Part shown: positions 1 to 10,263 of the stretch, one piece after another
Layout: each line of letters opens with the position of its first letter
Position numbering within the stretch: position 1 is the stretch's first letter
From: Alphaproteobacteria bacterium
Lineage (GTDB): Bacteria; Pseudomonadota; Alphaproteobacteria; GCA-2731375
Reading direction: 5' to 3'
Assembly (NCBI GenBank): GCA_965232515.1
Contig: CBDDPY010000002.1
Coordinates: 32,001-96,000 of the forward strand
DNA: 64,000 bases
Translations under genes and position numbers: made by a program
The notes under the pieces: generated by a model
What the model was told of the DNA's origin: nothing
What the model saw: the letters and a program-made list of their open reading frames with translations, nothing else
The model's database searches: none

Positions 1-304
1 GGAAACGCCATTTGGGCGCCGGCCTCAACACAACGGTCCGTTCATTCGCGGCAGGCCGCGGAGCAGGACGCGCATACGATTGAGACTGCGCCGCGGCATG
101 GTTCGGCAGCAGCGACAGGGCCACCGGCGGCAGAGCGCCATCGGGCACGGTTATAACCGCCTCGGTCGTCGCGACCAGGAGCAGCAGGGCGAGACCGAAG
201 CCGATGGTCAATCGGCAAATCGATTGGCGTCGTTGCCCCGGATTGGTGTGGGTGCGCTGGTCCGTCGCTGTTACGCGACGGCGCAATCTCAACATCGCGG
301 ACAT
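1..304 (-). CDS. Hypothetical protein with a hydrophobic segment; partial, runs off the window start
   Basis: Read by hand from ATG at 304: MSAMLRLRRR...LTIGFGLALLLLVATTEAV...; no stop before base 1; AGGGG upstream. Not in the ORF track because it is truncated. Confidence 0.5.
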   Translation of the reverse strand, partial: MSAMLRLRRRVTATDQRTHTNPGQRRQSICRLTIGFGLALLLLVATTEAVITVPDGALPPVALSLLPNHAAAQSQSYARPAPRPAANERTVVLRPAPKWRF

Positions 305-558
305 GGCCGATACCCCTGGCCCCCATGGCGATGATCGCCGAGGTGTTCGCCGATACGGCGGCCTCCGGTATTTTTCTAAACTCGTGCGGGTACAGAATAG
401 ATCTTGAAGGTGAATCAGCCGTTTATGAGTGCGGCTAACACTTATGATTGATTTATATGGTGAATATTCCGAGTTATGGTTTCAGCGGGCTGACCTGATT
501 AACGGCCTCGACGCGGCGGGCGCCGGACTTGGGGCGCGGGTGGCGGTCCGCCATCCGG

Positions 559-1803
559 TCATCTGTTTCGCCCCGTAAACCCGAACAGCTGCCCCGCGAT
601 CTTGCGGATGTGGATTTCCTCGGCGCCTTCGGTGATGCGGTAGCGGCGGTGGTGGCGGTAGATGTGCTCGAACGGCAGCGCCCTTGTATAGCCGATGCCG
701 CCATGCACCTGGATCGCCCGGTCGGCCGCCTCGCAGGCGAGCCGGTTCGCGCGGTAGTTCGCCATCGAGACCTGGTCGCTGACCGCCATATGGTCCTGCT
801 GGTCCAGGTGCCAGGCGGTCTTGTAGACGAGGTTGCGGACCATCTCGGTGTCCGTGTGCAGCTCGGTCAGCGGGAACTGGATCGCCTGCTGCGTCGCCAG
901 CGGCTTGCCCCAGGTCACGCGTTCCCGGGCATAAGCGACGCTCTCGGCGATGCAGTAGCAGGCGACGCCGACGCTTGAGGCGGCCTGGCGGATGCGGTTC
1001 TCGTGCACGAAATGCTGCGCCAGGACGAGGCCCTCGCCCTCCTCGTGCAGGATGGCGTCGGCCGGCACGCGCACGTCGGTCAGCCGCACCTCCGCGTGGT
1101 CCGACGGCATGTTGAAGGTCCAGTGCATATAGGGCACCTCGAAGCCCGGCAGATCCGTCGGCACCAGGAACGCCGTGATCCCGCGCGCCTGTCCGGGCTC
1201 GCCTGAGGTGCGCGCGAACACCAGATCGTGCGTCGCGTTGTGCAGGCCGCTGTTGAAGCGTTTCTCGCCGTTGATGACCCAATCGCTGCCGTCCCGCCGC
1301 GCCGTGGTCTCCAGATAGGTCGCGTCGCTGCCGTGGTTCGGCTCGGTCAGGCCGAAGCCGACCCGGCGCTTACCGGTGATCATGTCTTCCAGGAATGCGT
1401 CCTTCTGCGCTGCCGTGCCGAATTCGTAGATCATGTGCACCAGCGGCAGGTTGCCGACCACGGACGACTCGTTCTGCAGATCGTTGTGCAGGCCCAGGCC
1501 TTTCGCCGCCAGATGCTCGCGGATCACGGCCATGGCGAGATTGCCGCCGGCCTCGCCGCCGAGCGCGCGCGGCAGTGCGAATCGGAAATGTCCCGCCGCG
1601 TCCGCCCGCCGCCGCATCTCCGCCAGCACGTCCTCCCATGCCTTCGACGGGATGCCGTCGGCCTGCCAATCGGTGCGGGCGTATTCGCGCCGGTGGTCGA
1701 AGAACTGCCGGTTCTCGTCCTCAAGCGGCTTGATCTCGGCCGCGATGAAGGCGTCGAGCGCGTCGAGCTTCGCCTGAATGTCCTCGGGAATCGTGAAGTC
1801 CAT
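559..1803 (-). CDS. Acyl-CoA dehydrogenase family protein
   Basis: FGLTEPNHGSD, WVINGEKRF, AIQVHGGIG and RITEGAEEI motifs; GGAGG RBS upstream. Confidence 0.95.
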   Translation of the reverse strand: MDFTIPEDIQAKLDALDAFIAAEIKPLEDENRQFFDHRREYARTDWQADGIPSKAWEDVLAEMRRRADAAGHFRFALPRALGGEAGGNLAMAVIREHLAAKGLGLHNDLQNESSVVGNLPLVHMIYEFGTAAQKDAFLEDMITGKRRVGFGLTEPNHGSDATYLETTARRDGSDWVINGEKRFNSGLHNATHDLVFARTSGEPGQARGITAFLVPTDLPGFEVPYMHWTFNMPSDHAEVRLTDVRVPADAILHEEGEGLVLAQHFVHENRIRQAASSVGVACYCIAESVAYARERVTWGKPLATQQAIQFPLTELHTDTEMVRNLVYKTAWHLDQQDHMAVSDQVSMANYRANRLACEAADRAIQVHGGIGYTRALPFEHIYRHHRRYRITEGAEEIHIRKIAGQLFGFTGRNR

Positions 1804-1875
1804 GGTTGATCGCCTCCGCTAGCCGTACCTGCATTTGCTATCCTACGGCACCAGCGGAAATCGTGGAGAGGCGTA

Positions 1876-4212
1876 ATGGGTCAGTTCGGGGTCAGTCAGT
1901 CCGTTGTCCGGCGCGAGGATGCGCCGTTGCTGAAAGGTGAGGGGCGGTTCGTCGACGACCGTGCGCCCGACGGCCTGGCGCACGGCTATGTCCTGCGCTC
2001 GCCCTACGGCCATGCGCGCATCGAGCGGATCGATGTGTCGGAGGCCGCCGCCGCGCCGGGCGTGCTGGCGGTCTACACAGCCGCCGATCTCAAGGCCGAC
2101 GGCATCGGCGACATCCCCTGCCTGGCGAAGCTGACCTGGAAGCCCGGCACGCCGTTCCGGCCACACGTGCAGGCGGCGCTGGCGGCGGACGCCGTGCGCT
2201 ATGCCGGCGACCCCGTCGCCTTCGTGGTCGCCGAAACGCTGGCGCAAGCCCGCGACGCGGCCGAGCTGATCGAGATCGACTACGACGATCTGCCGGCCGT
2301 GACAGACTGCGCCGCGGCGGCGCGGCCGGATGCGCCGGTGATCTGGGCCGACGATCCCGACAACGTCTGTTTCGAGTGGGAGCTGGGCGACCGGGCTGCG
2401 ACAGAGGCCGCCATCGCCAGCGCCGCCCATGTCGTCTCGCTCGAGGTCGTCAATAATCGCGTCGTGCTGAGCGCCATCGAGACTCGCGGCGCCGTCGGCG
2501 AATATGACGCGGCTGCCGCCAAGTTCACGCTGCACACCGGTTCGCAGATGCCGCATTCCATCCGCGATCAGCTCGCTGGCGACATCTTCGGCGTGACGCC
2601 GGAACAGGTGCGGGTCGTCATCGAAGACGTCGGCGGCGGCTTCGGCGGCAAGAACTCGCTCTACCCTGAACAGGTCCTGGTGCTCTATGCGGCGCGCCAG
2701 CTCGGCCGGCCGGTGAAATGGATCGGCGAGCGCAGCGACGCCTTCGTCAGCGACTATCACGGCCGCGACAACGTCAACCGCGGCGAGCTGGCGCTCGACG
2801 CCGACGGCCGGTTCCTCGCCATCCGCTTGACGACAACGGCGAACATCGGCGGCTACATCGCCAATCGCGGCGCCGTCTCGCCGGTGAACGGCTGCGTCAT
2901 GCTGTCGAACACCTACGCCATCCCGGCGCTCTATGCCGACGTCAAGGCGGTCTACACCAACACCGTGCCGACCGATCCCTACCGTGGCGCCGGCCGGCCG
3001 GAGGTGCTCTATCTGATCGAGCGGCTGATCGACGCCGCCGCCAATGATCTGGGCATCGACCGGGTCGAGCTGCGCCGGCGCAACTGCATCCCCAAGGACG
3101 CCTTTCCCTACGCCTCGCCGACGGGCCTCAGCTATGACTCGGCCGACTTCGCCATGGTCATGGACGAAGCGCTTGAACAGTCTGGCTGGTCGGGCATCGA
3201 CGCACGTCGGACCGAGGCGAAGCAACGCGGCCGCCTACGCGGCATCGGCATGGCGAACTACATCGAGCGCTGCGGCGGCGGCGCCGGGCTGGGCGAGGGG
3301 GCGCGCATCCGCTTCGAGGCAGACGGTTCGGTGACGGTCTTCTCGGGCGCAATGGCGAACGGCCAGGCGCACGCCACCGCCTTCAGCCAGATCGTCAACG
3401 AGTGGCTCGGCCTGCCGTTCGAAAAGATCGCGGTCGTCGAGGGCGACACCGACCTGGTCCCCACCGGCACCGGCACCGGCGGGTCCTGGTCGATCCCCAT
3501 GGGCGGCGGCGCCGTCTGCCTCGCCGCCGACAAGATCGTCGACAAGGCCCGGCGCATCGCCGCGCACCTGCTGGAGGCGGCCGAGGCCGATCTCGAATTC
3601 GCCGACGGCGCCTTCACCGTCGCCGGCACCGACATCAGCACCACGTTGGGCGACGTCGCCCGCGCCGCCTTCGATCCGGCGAACCTACCGGACGGCATGG
3701 AACCGGGCCTAGACGAGGACGCCCGCTTCACGCCCGACAACTTCACCTTCCCCTATGGCTGCCATATCTGCGAGGTCGAGGTCGATCCCGAGACCGGCGC
3801 CGTCGAGATCGTCGACTACACCGCCGTGCACGATTTCGGCCGCGCGCTGAATCCATCGCTGCTGGCGGGTCAGGTGCATGGCGGTCTGGCCCAGGGCATC
3901 GGTCAGGCGCTGACCGAGCACACGGTCTACGACGATAGCGGCCAGATGTTGAGCGGCTCGTTCATGGACTACGGCTTGCCGCGCGCCGACGATCTGCCGG
4001 CCTTCAACTTCGTGCGCCGCGAGACGCCGAGCCCGCGCAACCCGCTGGGCGTCAAGGGCTGCGGCGAAGCGGGCGCTGCGGGCTCGCCGCCGGCCGTGAT
4101 CAACGCCATCGTCGACGCGCTTTCGCCCTACGGCGTCCGCCACCTCGACATGCCGGCGACGCCCCAGCGCGTCTGGCAGGCACTGCATCAACGCATATCA
4201 GACCCGACCTAG
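1876..4212 (+). CDS. Xanthine dehydrogenase / CoxL-like molybdopterin-binding large subunit (form II-like)
   Basis: RREDAPLLKGEGRFVDD, VGGGFGGK, PYRGAGRPE, GQVHGG and GVKGCGE motifs. Confidence 0.93.
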   Translation: MGQFGVSQSVVRREDAPLLKGEGRFVDDRAPDGLAHGYVLRSPYGHARIERIDVSEAAAAPGVLAVYTAADLKADGIGDIPCLAKLTWKPGTPFRPHVQAALAADAVRYAGDPVAFVVAETLAQARDAAELIEIDYDDLPAVTDCAAAARPDAPVIWADDPDNVCFEWELGDRAATEAAIASAAHVVSLEVVNNRVVLSAIETRGAVGEYDAAAAKFTLHTGSQMPHSIRDQLAGDIFGVTPEQVRVVIEDVGGGFGGKNSLYPEQVLVLYAARQLGRPVKWIGERSDAFVSDYHGRDNVNRGELALDADGRFLAIRLTTTANIGGYIANRGAVSPVNGCVMLSNTYAIPALYADVKAVYTNTVPTDPYRGAGRPEVLYLIERLIDAAANDLGIDRVELRRRNCIPKDAFPYASPTGLSYDSADFAMVMDEALEQSGWSGIDARRTEAKQRGRLRGIGMANYIERCGGGAGLGEGARIRFEADGSVTVFSGAMANGQAHATAFSQIVNEWLGLPFEKIAVVEGDTDLVPTGTGTGGSWSIPMGGGAVCLAADKIVDKARRIAAHLLEAAEADLEFADGAFTVAGTDISTTLGDVARAAFDPANLPDGMEPGLDEDARFTPDNFTFPYGCHICEVEVDPETGAVEIVDYTAVHDFGRALNPSLLAGQVHGGLAQGIGQALTEHTVYDDSGQMLSGSFMDYGLPRADDLPAFNFVRRETPSPRNPLGVKGCGEAGAAGSPPAVINAIVDALSPYGVRHLDMPATPQRVWQALHQRISDPT

Positions 4213-4323
4213 CGCGCATTGCGTCCTGCCATTGGCGGGCGCAGACTTATGACCGGCTCCTAATGGAGCCGCGCGTACGTGGCGTACGAAACAATCGTCA
4301 AACATAACAGGAGGGAACGTGTC

Positions 4324-5412
4324 ATGTTGCGCAAGCATATTGCGGCAGTCGTTGGCGTTGCGTCGTTCGGTATCCTGTTCGCGTCGGGTCCAGCATCATC
4401 CGCGGATTTCTTTGAGGGCGTCGACGCCGGCTTCCCCGGGCCGAGCGGCGACAAGGCGGTGCTGCCGCCGGATTCCAAGCTGATGCGCGTGTTCGACGGT
4501 GGCTGCATCCTGACCGAGGGCGTCGCGGCCGGCCATGACGGCATGCTGTATTTCAGCGACATCACCTTCACCAGCGCCTGCAAGGACGAGAGCGGCAAAT
4601 TCCTTCAGGCCGGCAACATCTGGAAATACGATCCGGTCAGCGGCGAGGCCACCGTCTACCGCTCGCCGTCGGGCATGTCGAACGGCATCAAGTTCGACGC
4701 CGACGGCAACATGATCGCGGCGCTGGGCGCCGACTATGGCGGCCGCATGCTGGTCAAGACCGACATGGGCACCGGCAAGAGCTACATCCTGTCCGGCCTC
4801 TACGACGGCAAGCCCTATAACGCGCTGAACGACATCAGCATCGACGAGCAAGGCCGGATCTATTTCAGCGATCCGCGCTATCTCGGCCACGAACCGGTGT
4901 TCCAGCCCGGATTCGCGGTCTATCGCCTCGACCCCGATGGCTCGGTACAGCGCATCGTCACCAACGCCGGCAAGACCAACGGCGTGCTGGTCTCGCCCGA
5001 CCAGAAAACGTTTTACGTCGTCAGCAACGACAACGGCTGGCTCGACTTCCAGAAGCTGACCGAGGGCGAGGAGACACATCAGGGCGCGCACGTGCTCTGG
5101 GCCTACGATCTCGCCGACGACGGCACCGTCAGCAACAAGCGCGAGCTGATCAACTTCGCGCCTTATAGCGGGCCCGACGGTCTCGTCGCTGACGTCGACG
5201 GCAATATCTATGTCGCGCTCCGGGCCGAGAACCGTCCCGGCATCGGCGTGCTGACGCCCGACGGCGAGGAGATCGCCTTTATTCCGACCGGCGAGGAGCT
5301 GCCGACCAATGTCGGCTTCGGCCGCGGCGAAGAGTCGGACGTGCTCTACGTCACCTCCGGCAAGAGCCTCTACAAGATCAAGATGGGCAAGAAGGGCTAT
5401 CAACTGCCCTAG
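4324..5412 (+). CDS. Secreted SMP-30/gluconolactonase family protein
   Basis: Signal peptide MLRKHIAAVVGVASFGILFA; TEG, SNG, LND, PDG and PTN propeller motifs; AGGAGG upstream; start could be 4279. Confidence 0.9.
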   Translation: MLRKHIAAVVGVASFGILFASGPASSADFFEGVDAGFPGPSGDKAVLPPDSKLMRVFDGGCILTEGVAAGHDGMLYFSDITFTSACKDESGKFLQAGNIWKYDPVSGEATVYRSPSGMSNGIKFDADGNMIAALGADYGGRMLVKTDMGTGKSYILSGLYDGKPYNALNDISIDEQGRIYFSDPRYLGHEPVFQPGFAVYRLDPDGSVQRIVTNAGKTNGVLVSPDQKTFYVVSNDNGWLDFQKLTEGEETHQGAHVLWAYDLADDGTVSNKRELINFAPYSGPDGLVADVDGNIYVALRAENRPGIGVLTPDGEEIAFIPTGEELPTNVGFGRGEESDVLYVTSGKSLYKIKMGKKGYQLP

Positions 5413-5436
5413 ATCCTGTCCATTTGTTCGCGTACC

Positions 5437-5472
5437 GGCGCCTCGGCCCCACAGGGCCGGGGCGTTGATTTT
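5437..5472 (+). terminator. Putative intrinsic terminator
   Basis: Stem GGCGCCTCGGCCC/GGGCCGGGGCGTT followed by GATTTT, just after the stop at 5412. Confidence 0.55.
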
Positions 5473-5593
5473 GTCCCCAGGTTGACGGCTCCCCGTGGAT
5501 GCCGGAGACTTTGCCCATAAATCGTGTCGAAACGACGCGACGGCCAAGGGAGCGACCTCATCGCAACCCCTGGCTTTAAGACAGGGATGCGGC

Positions 5594-6142
5594 ATGTGGG
5601 GCATTGTTCGCGCCATTGAATGGCTGACGCGCCTGTTCGGCCTGGTCGGCGCCTGGCTGGCGGCGCTGCTGATCGTCGCCATGGTCTACGAGGTGCTCTC
5701 TCGCTATCTGTTGGGCGCGCCGACCTTCTGGGCCTACGAGGTCGGCTACATGCTGATGGGCGCCAGCTTCATGTTCGGCATCGCCTATGCGCTGCAGTTG
5801 CGCCGGCACATCCGGGTCGACTTTCTTTACGACAACCTGTCGCCGAAACAGCAGGCGGCGATCGATCTCGCCGGCTTCGTGCTCCTGCTGCTGCCGGTGG
5901 TCTGTTGGACGACCTGGGGGCTGTGGGGCTATTTCCACGACGCCTACCGGTTGGGCGAGGTGTCGGGCGAGTCCGCCTGGAACCCCGTGGTCTGGCCGTT
6001 CCGCCTGACCTTCGTCGCCGGCTTCGCCATCTTCGCGCTGCAGATCCTCGCCGAGATCATCAAATGCGGCTACGTGCTGACGGGCCGCGAGCTGCCGGAC
6101 TCCACGAGCCGCGGTCCCGCCATCCCGGAGCACGTGGCGTGA
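5594..6142 (+). CDS. dctQ: TRAP transporter small permease (DctQ family)
   Basis: YEVLSRY..APT.WAYE and HIRVDFLY motifs; about 4 TM segments. Confidence 0.92.
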   Translation: MWGIVRAIEWLTRLFGLVGAWLAALLIVAMVYEVLSRYLLGAPTFWAYEVGYMLMGASFMFGIAYALQLRRHIRVDFLYDNLSPKQQAAIDLAGFVLLLLPVVCWTTWGLWGYFHDAYRLGEVSGESAWNPVVWPFRLTFVAGFAIFALQILAEIIKCGYVLTGRELPDSTSRGPAIPEHVA

Positions 6143-7584
6143 GCAGCATCGGTATCGGTCAAGGCGTCAGCGTCGCCCGGCCGATCGCCATCGCCGCCCT
6201 GCTGGTGGCTCTGTTCTCGCTCTTCTATCCGGTCGCCGCGCCGGCGCTCGGCATCGAGCTCAGCCGTACCAGCGTGGCGCTGTGGATGTTTCCGGCGCTG
6301 ATGGCGTTGATCTTCATGGGCTTCCCGGTGGCGTTTGCGTTGATGGGCGTCGCCTTCGTCTTCGGCCTCCTGCGCTTCGGCGACGCGGCGGTCTATCAGT
6401 TCATCACCAAGGTCAACGACGTTGCCTCCGCCTATGTGCTGGCGGCGGTGCCGCTGTTCATCTTCATGGGCGCCATGATGGAGCGCTCCGGTATCGCCGT
6501 TCGGCTGTTCGAGGCGGTGCATCTCTGGACCCGCCGGCTGCCGGGCGGGTTGGCTGTCGGCACCGTCATCATGTGCGTGATCTTCGCGGCCGCCAGCGGC
6601 GTCATCGGCGCCACGGAATCCGTCGTCGGCCTGCTGGCCATTCCGGTGATGCTGAAATACGCCTACGACAAGGGCTTGATCTCGGGCACGATCTGCGCCG
6701 GCGGCTCGCTCGGCACCATCATCCCGCCGTCGGTCGTGGTGGTGATCCTGGGGCCCGTCGCCGACGTCTCGGTCGGTGACCTGTTTGTCGGCATGCTGAT
6801 CCCGGGCCTGATGCTGTCCGGCCTCTACATTCTCTATATCCTGGCGCTCTGCATGGTGAAGCCCGAGATGGGGCCGCGGCTGCCGCCGGACGACGACGAG
6901 CCGGCGCTGCCCGAGAAAATCGCCATCACCGTACGGGCGCTGATCCCGCCGCTCGTGCTGATCTTCGCCGTGCTCGGCTCGATCATGCTGGGCTGGGCGA
7001 CGCCCACCGAGGCTGCGGCCATGGGCGCTTTCGGGTCGGTGATCCTGACGCTCGTTTACCGCACCTTCAGCTTCGGCGTTCTGCACGAGGCACTGGTCAA
7101 GACGTTGCTCATTACCGCCATGATCCTGATGATCCTGCTGGGCGGCACCATGTTCGCGGGTGTGTTCATCGCCTCGGGCGGCCTCGCCGGCACCCAGCAG
7201 ATGCTGGACGCGGCCAACCTCACGGGCTGGCCGACGCTGATCCTGATCCTGTTCCTGACGTTCATTGCCGGATTCGTTTTGGACCTGATCTCGATCATCC
7301 TGATCATCGTGCCGATCGCCATTCCGCTGATGAAGGCGTTCGGTTTCGATCCGGTCTGGTTCTGCATTTTGTTCCTGATCGTCATCCAGACCAGCTACCT
7401 GACGCCGCCGATGGCGCCCGCCATCTTCTACCTGCGCGGTATCAGCCCGCCGGAGATCCGCCTGTCCGACATGTATCGCGGCGTCGTGCCCTTCATCGCG
7501 CTCGAGATCGTCGCCCTCGGCCTCGTGATGGCGTTCCCGGCCCTTGCCCTTTGGTTGCCGTCAAAACTGCTCGGCTTCGACTGA
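6139..7584 (+). CDS. dctM: TRAP transporter large permease (DctM family)
   Basis: GTGA overlap with dctQ; AVPLFIFMG, GTIIPPS, TPTEAAA and YLTPP motifs. Confidence 0.93.
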   Translation: MSSIGIGQGVSVARPIAIAALLVALFSLFYPVAAPALGIELSRTSVALWMFPALMALIFMGFPVAFALMGVAFVFGLLRFGDAAVYQFITKVNDVASAYVLAAVPLFIFMGAMMERSGIAVRLFEAVHLWTRRLPGGLAVGTVIMCVIFAAASGVIGATESVVGLLAIPVMLKYAYDKGLISGTICAGGSLGTIIPPSVVVVILGPVADVSVGDLFVGMLIPGLMLSGLYILYILALCMVKPEMGPRLPPDDDEPALPEKIAITVRALIPPLVLIFAVLGSIMLGWATPTEAAAMGAFGSVILTLVYRTFSFGVLHEALVKTLLITAMILMILLGGTMFAGVFIASGGLAGTQQMLDAANLTGWPTLILILFLTFIAGFVLDLISIILIIVPIAIPLMKAFGFDPVWFCILFLIVIQTSYLTPPMAPAIFYLRGISPPEIRLSDMYRGVVPFIALEIVALGLVMAFPALALWLPSKLLGFD

Positions 7585-7713
7585 CGCGCCGAAAGGGACT
7601 CGGCGAACTCGCCGTTTGCGTGCCATGCTTGTGCCGCGCCGCCGATCGGTGGGCGCGGTAAGCAACGAAAAGCACTTGGGAGCGCCGCTGCCGCCCGCGG
7701 CGGATTGACGCCG

Positions 7714-8967
7714 ATGGCTGAAAACGCCGTTGACCAGGCCGAATCGGCATCGGCCGTGCGGCCGATCTGGCTGATCGTCCTGACGGTCTTCCTGCCGTTC
7801 GCCGGCGGCTATTTCCTGTCCTATCTCTACCGCTCTTTGAACGCCATCATCGCCCCCGACCTGACGGCCGAGATCGGGCTCACCGCCGGCGATCTGGGGC
7901 TGCTGACGGCGGCCTATTTCTTCGCCTTCGCCGCCTTCCAGATCCCGCTCGGGCTGCTGCTGGACCGCTTCGGGCCGCGCCGGGTGCAGGCCTGCCTGCT
8001 GCTGTCGGCGGCGGCCGGCGCGCTGATCTTCGCCGTCGGCAACGACATCGTCGCCTTGACCGTCGGCAGGGCCATGATCGGGCTGGGCGTGGCCGGCGGC
8101 TTGATGGCCTCGTTCAAGGCCATCGTCATGTGGTTCCCGCAACACCGCTGGCCGCTGGTCAACGGGCTGTTCCTGACCTGCGGCGGCCTGGGCGCATTAT
8201 CGGCGACCACGCCGGTCGAGGCCGTCCTGCAGATCACCGACTGGCGCGGTCTGTTCATCGGTCTGGCGGCGATCAATGTCGCGGTCGTGGTGGCGATCTT
8301 TTTCGTCGTGCCGGAACGGCGCACCGGGGCCGAGGCGACGGCCTTACGAGACGCGCTCATCAGCATCGGTAAGATCTATCGCGACGCCTATTTCTGGCGG
8401 CTGGCGCCGTTGAGCTTTTTCACGCTCGCCGCTGGCCTCGCCTTTCAGGGCCTCTGGGCCGGTCCCTGGCTCAAGGACGTGGTCGGCCTCGGCCGCGAGG
8501 GCGTCGCCGCGAACCTGTTCTGGCTCGCGGCCCTGCTCACCGCCGGCTTCGCGTTGAACGGCATTGTCGCCGATCTGCTGACGCGGCGCGGGGTGTCGTT
8601 GGAGCGCGTGATCGGCGGCGGCGCGCTGTTGTTTCTGCTGGCGCAAATCCCTCTGGTGCTGGGCTGGGCGCCGGGTCTGCCGCTGGTCTGGCTCGGCATG
8701 GGGCTGCTGGCGAACATCACCGCCCTGAACTTTCCGCTGCTGACCCAGCATTTCGGACCGGCGCTGAGCGGCCGCTCGAGCACGGCGCTCAACATGCTGA
8801 ATTTCGGCTGCGCTTTCGCCACGCAATACGCCATCGGCGCCATCATCGATCTCTGGCCACCGGTCGCCGAGGGCGCCTATGCGCCGGAGGCCTATCAGGT
8901 CGCCTTCGGCGTCGTGCTGGCCGCGCAGGTCCTGGCTTGGCTCTGGTTTCTGCGGCCCACGCGCTGA
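7714..8967 (+). CDS. MFS transporter
   Basis: Motif A GLLLDRFGPRR; about 12 hydrophobic segments. Confidence 0.92.
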   Translation: MAENAVDQAESASAVRPIWLIVLTVFLPFAGGYFLSYLYRSLNAIIAPDLTAEIGLTAGDLGLLTAAYFFAFAAFQIPLGLLLDRFGPRRVQACLLLSAAAGALIFAVGNDIVALTVGRAMIGLGVAGGLMASFKAIVMWFPQHRWPLVNGLFLTCGGLGALSATTPVEAVLQITDWRGLFIGLAAINVAVVVAIFFVVPERRTGAEATALRDALISIGKIYRDAYFWRLAPLSFFTLAAGLAFQGLWAGPWLKDVVGLGREGVAANLFWLAALLTAGFALNGIVADLLTRRGVSLERVIGGGALLFLLAQIPLVLGWAPGLPLVWLGMGLLANITALNFPLLTQHFGPALSGRSSTALNMLNFGCAFATQYAIGAIIDLWPPVAEGAYAPEAYQVAFGVVLAAQVLAWLWFLRPTR

Positions 8968-9005
8968 GCTATCGTGACGAGAACGCAACCGGGCAGGGGC
9001 AGGGC

Positions 9006-10172
9006 ATGGCCTACGATGTGATCGTTGTCGGCGGCGGCGTGATGGGCGCGGCGACCGCGTTCAATCTCGCCGACATGGGCGTGAAGAAGGTGCTGCTGCT
9101 CGAACGCGACCGCGTCTGCTCCGGCGACACGCTGAAATCTTGCGCCATCGTGCGCACGCACTATTCCAATCCGACGACCTGCCGCATGGCCTGCATCGGC
9201 CGCGAGATCCTGGCCGACTTCGACAACCGCGTCGGCGGCGCCTCCGGCTTCGTCAATTCCGGTTACGTCATCTTCGCCGGCGACGATCTGGCCGACGGGT
9301 TCGTCGACAATATCGCCCTGCAGCAGCAGGCCGGCAGCGGTGTGGAGCGGATCGACGTCGACCAGGCGCTCGAGCTGCATCCGAAGCTTGAGCGCGATCG
9401 CATCGCCGTCGCCGCCTACGAGCAGGCGTCCGGCTATGCCGATCCCGAGCAGACCGTGTTTTCCTATGTCCGCCGCGCCCGCGAGCTCGGCGTCGAGGTG
9501 CGCGAGGGCGTCGTCGTCGCGGGCCTGAGCGAGGCCGGCGACCGCGTCACTGGCGTCGTCACCGACCAGGGCGCCTTCGCGGCCGGCACGGTGGTGGTCG
9601 CCGCCGGCGTCTGGACCAACGGCATCACTGGGTCCGTCGGTGTCCGCTTCGACTACGACATCGTCAACCACAAGGTGGTGACGATGGGCTTCGACTACGA
9701 TTACACGGGCGACCGCTTTCCGGTCGTACGCGATATCTCCGGCTTCGCCTATTACCGGCCGAAGGGCCGCCACGCGCTGGTCGGCGACGCCGCCCGCGGC
9801 ACGGACCTGCCGCGCGCCGACTATACCGACGAGACCTTGGATGCGACCGAGGCGGCGTTTTTCCGCGACAAATTGGCGGCCTCGAACACGGACGCCGGAG
9901 CGGCGCATCTCGTGCATCACTGGGCCGGCCGCTACGACGTCTCGCCGGACTGGAACCCGATGATCGGCGGCCTGCCGGGCAAGGACGGGCTGGTGACGAT
10001 CTGCGGCTCGTCGGGCGGCGGCTTCAAGCTCGCCCCCTGCATCGGCCTGCTGATGGCCGAGCTGATCGTGCACGGCGAGGGCCGTACCCTGCCGGTCGAC
10101 GAATTCGCGCCGAACCGGTTCGCGACCGGCCAACGTTTCCGCAACGCTTATGGCGTCGGCGCGATCGCCTGA
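9006..10172 (+). CDS. FAD-dependent oxidoreductase (DadA / sarcosine oxidase beta-like)
   Basis: YDVIVVGGGVMG Rossmann motif; SPDWNPMIG and GGGFKLAP C-terminal motifs. Confidence 0.9.
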   Translation: MAYDVIVVGGGVMGAATAFNLADMGVKKVLLLERDRVCSGDTLKSCAIVRTHYSNPTTCRMACIGREILADFDNRVGGASGFVNSGYVIFAGDDLADGFVDNIALQQQAGSGVERIDVDQALELHPKLERDRIAVAAYEQASGYADPEQTVFSYVRRARELGVEVREGVVVAGLSEAGDRVTGVVTDQGAFAAGTVVVAAGVWTNGITGSVGVRFDYDIVNHKVVTMGFDYDYTGDRFPVVRDISGFAYYRPKGRHALVGDAARGTDLPRADYTDETLDATEAAFFRDKLAASNTDAGAAHLVHHWAGRYDVSPDWNPMIGGLPGKDGLVTICGSSGGGFKLAPCIGLLMAELIVHGEGRTLPVDEFAPNRFATGQRFRNAYGVGAIA

Positions 10173-10263
10173 ATTCGACGTCGCGGTCGCATCTCGGGTT
10201 TTCTTCCGCGCCCGCCTGCGCTATCGATGAGCCATTCGGTTCTGCGGGAGGCGTCATGACGGT

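Noticed and set aside
1876-4212. Aerobic CO dehydrogenase (form I coxL)
   Set aside because: It lacks AYxCSFR and the coxMS and accessory genes.
5620-6138. Apparent long N-terminal extension or DctQ-DctM fusion
   Set aside because: The extension is an Arg/Pro-rich alternate frame of dctQ. A GTGA overlap at 6139 gives a normal start.
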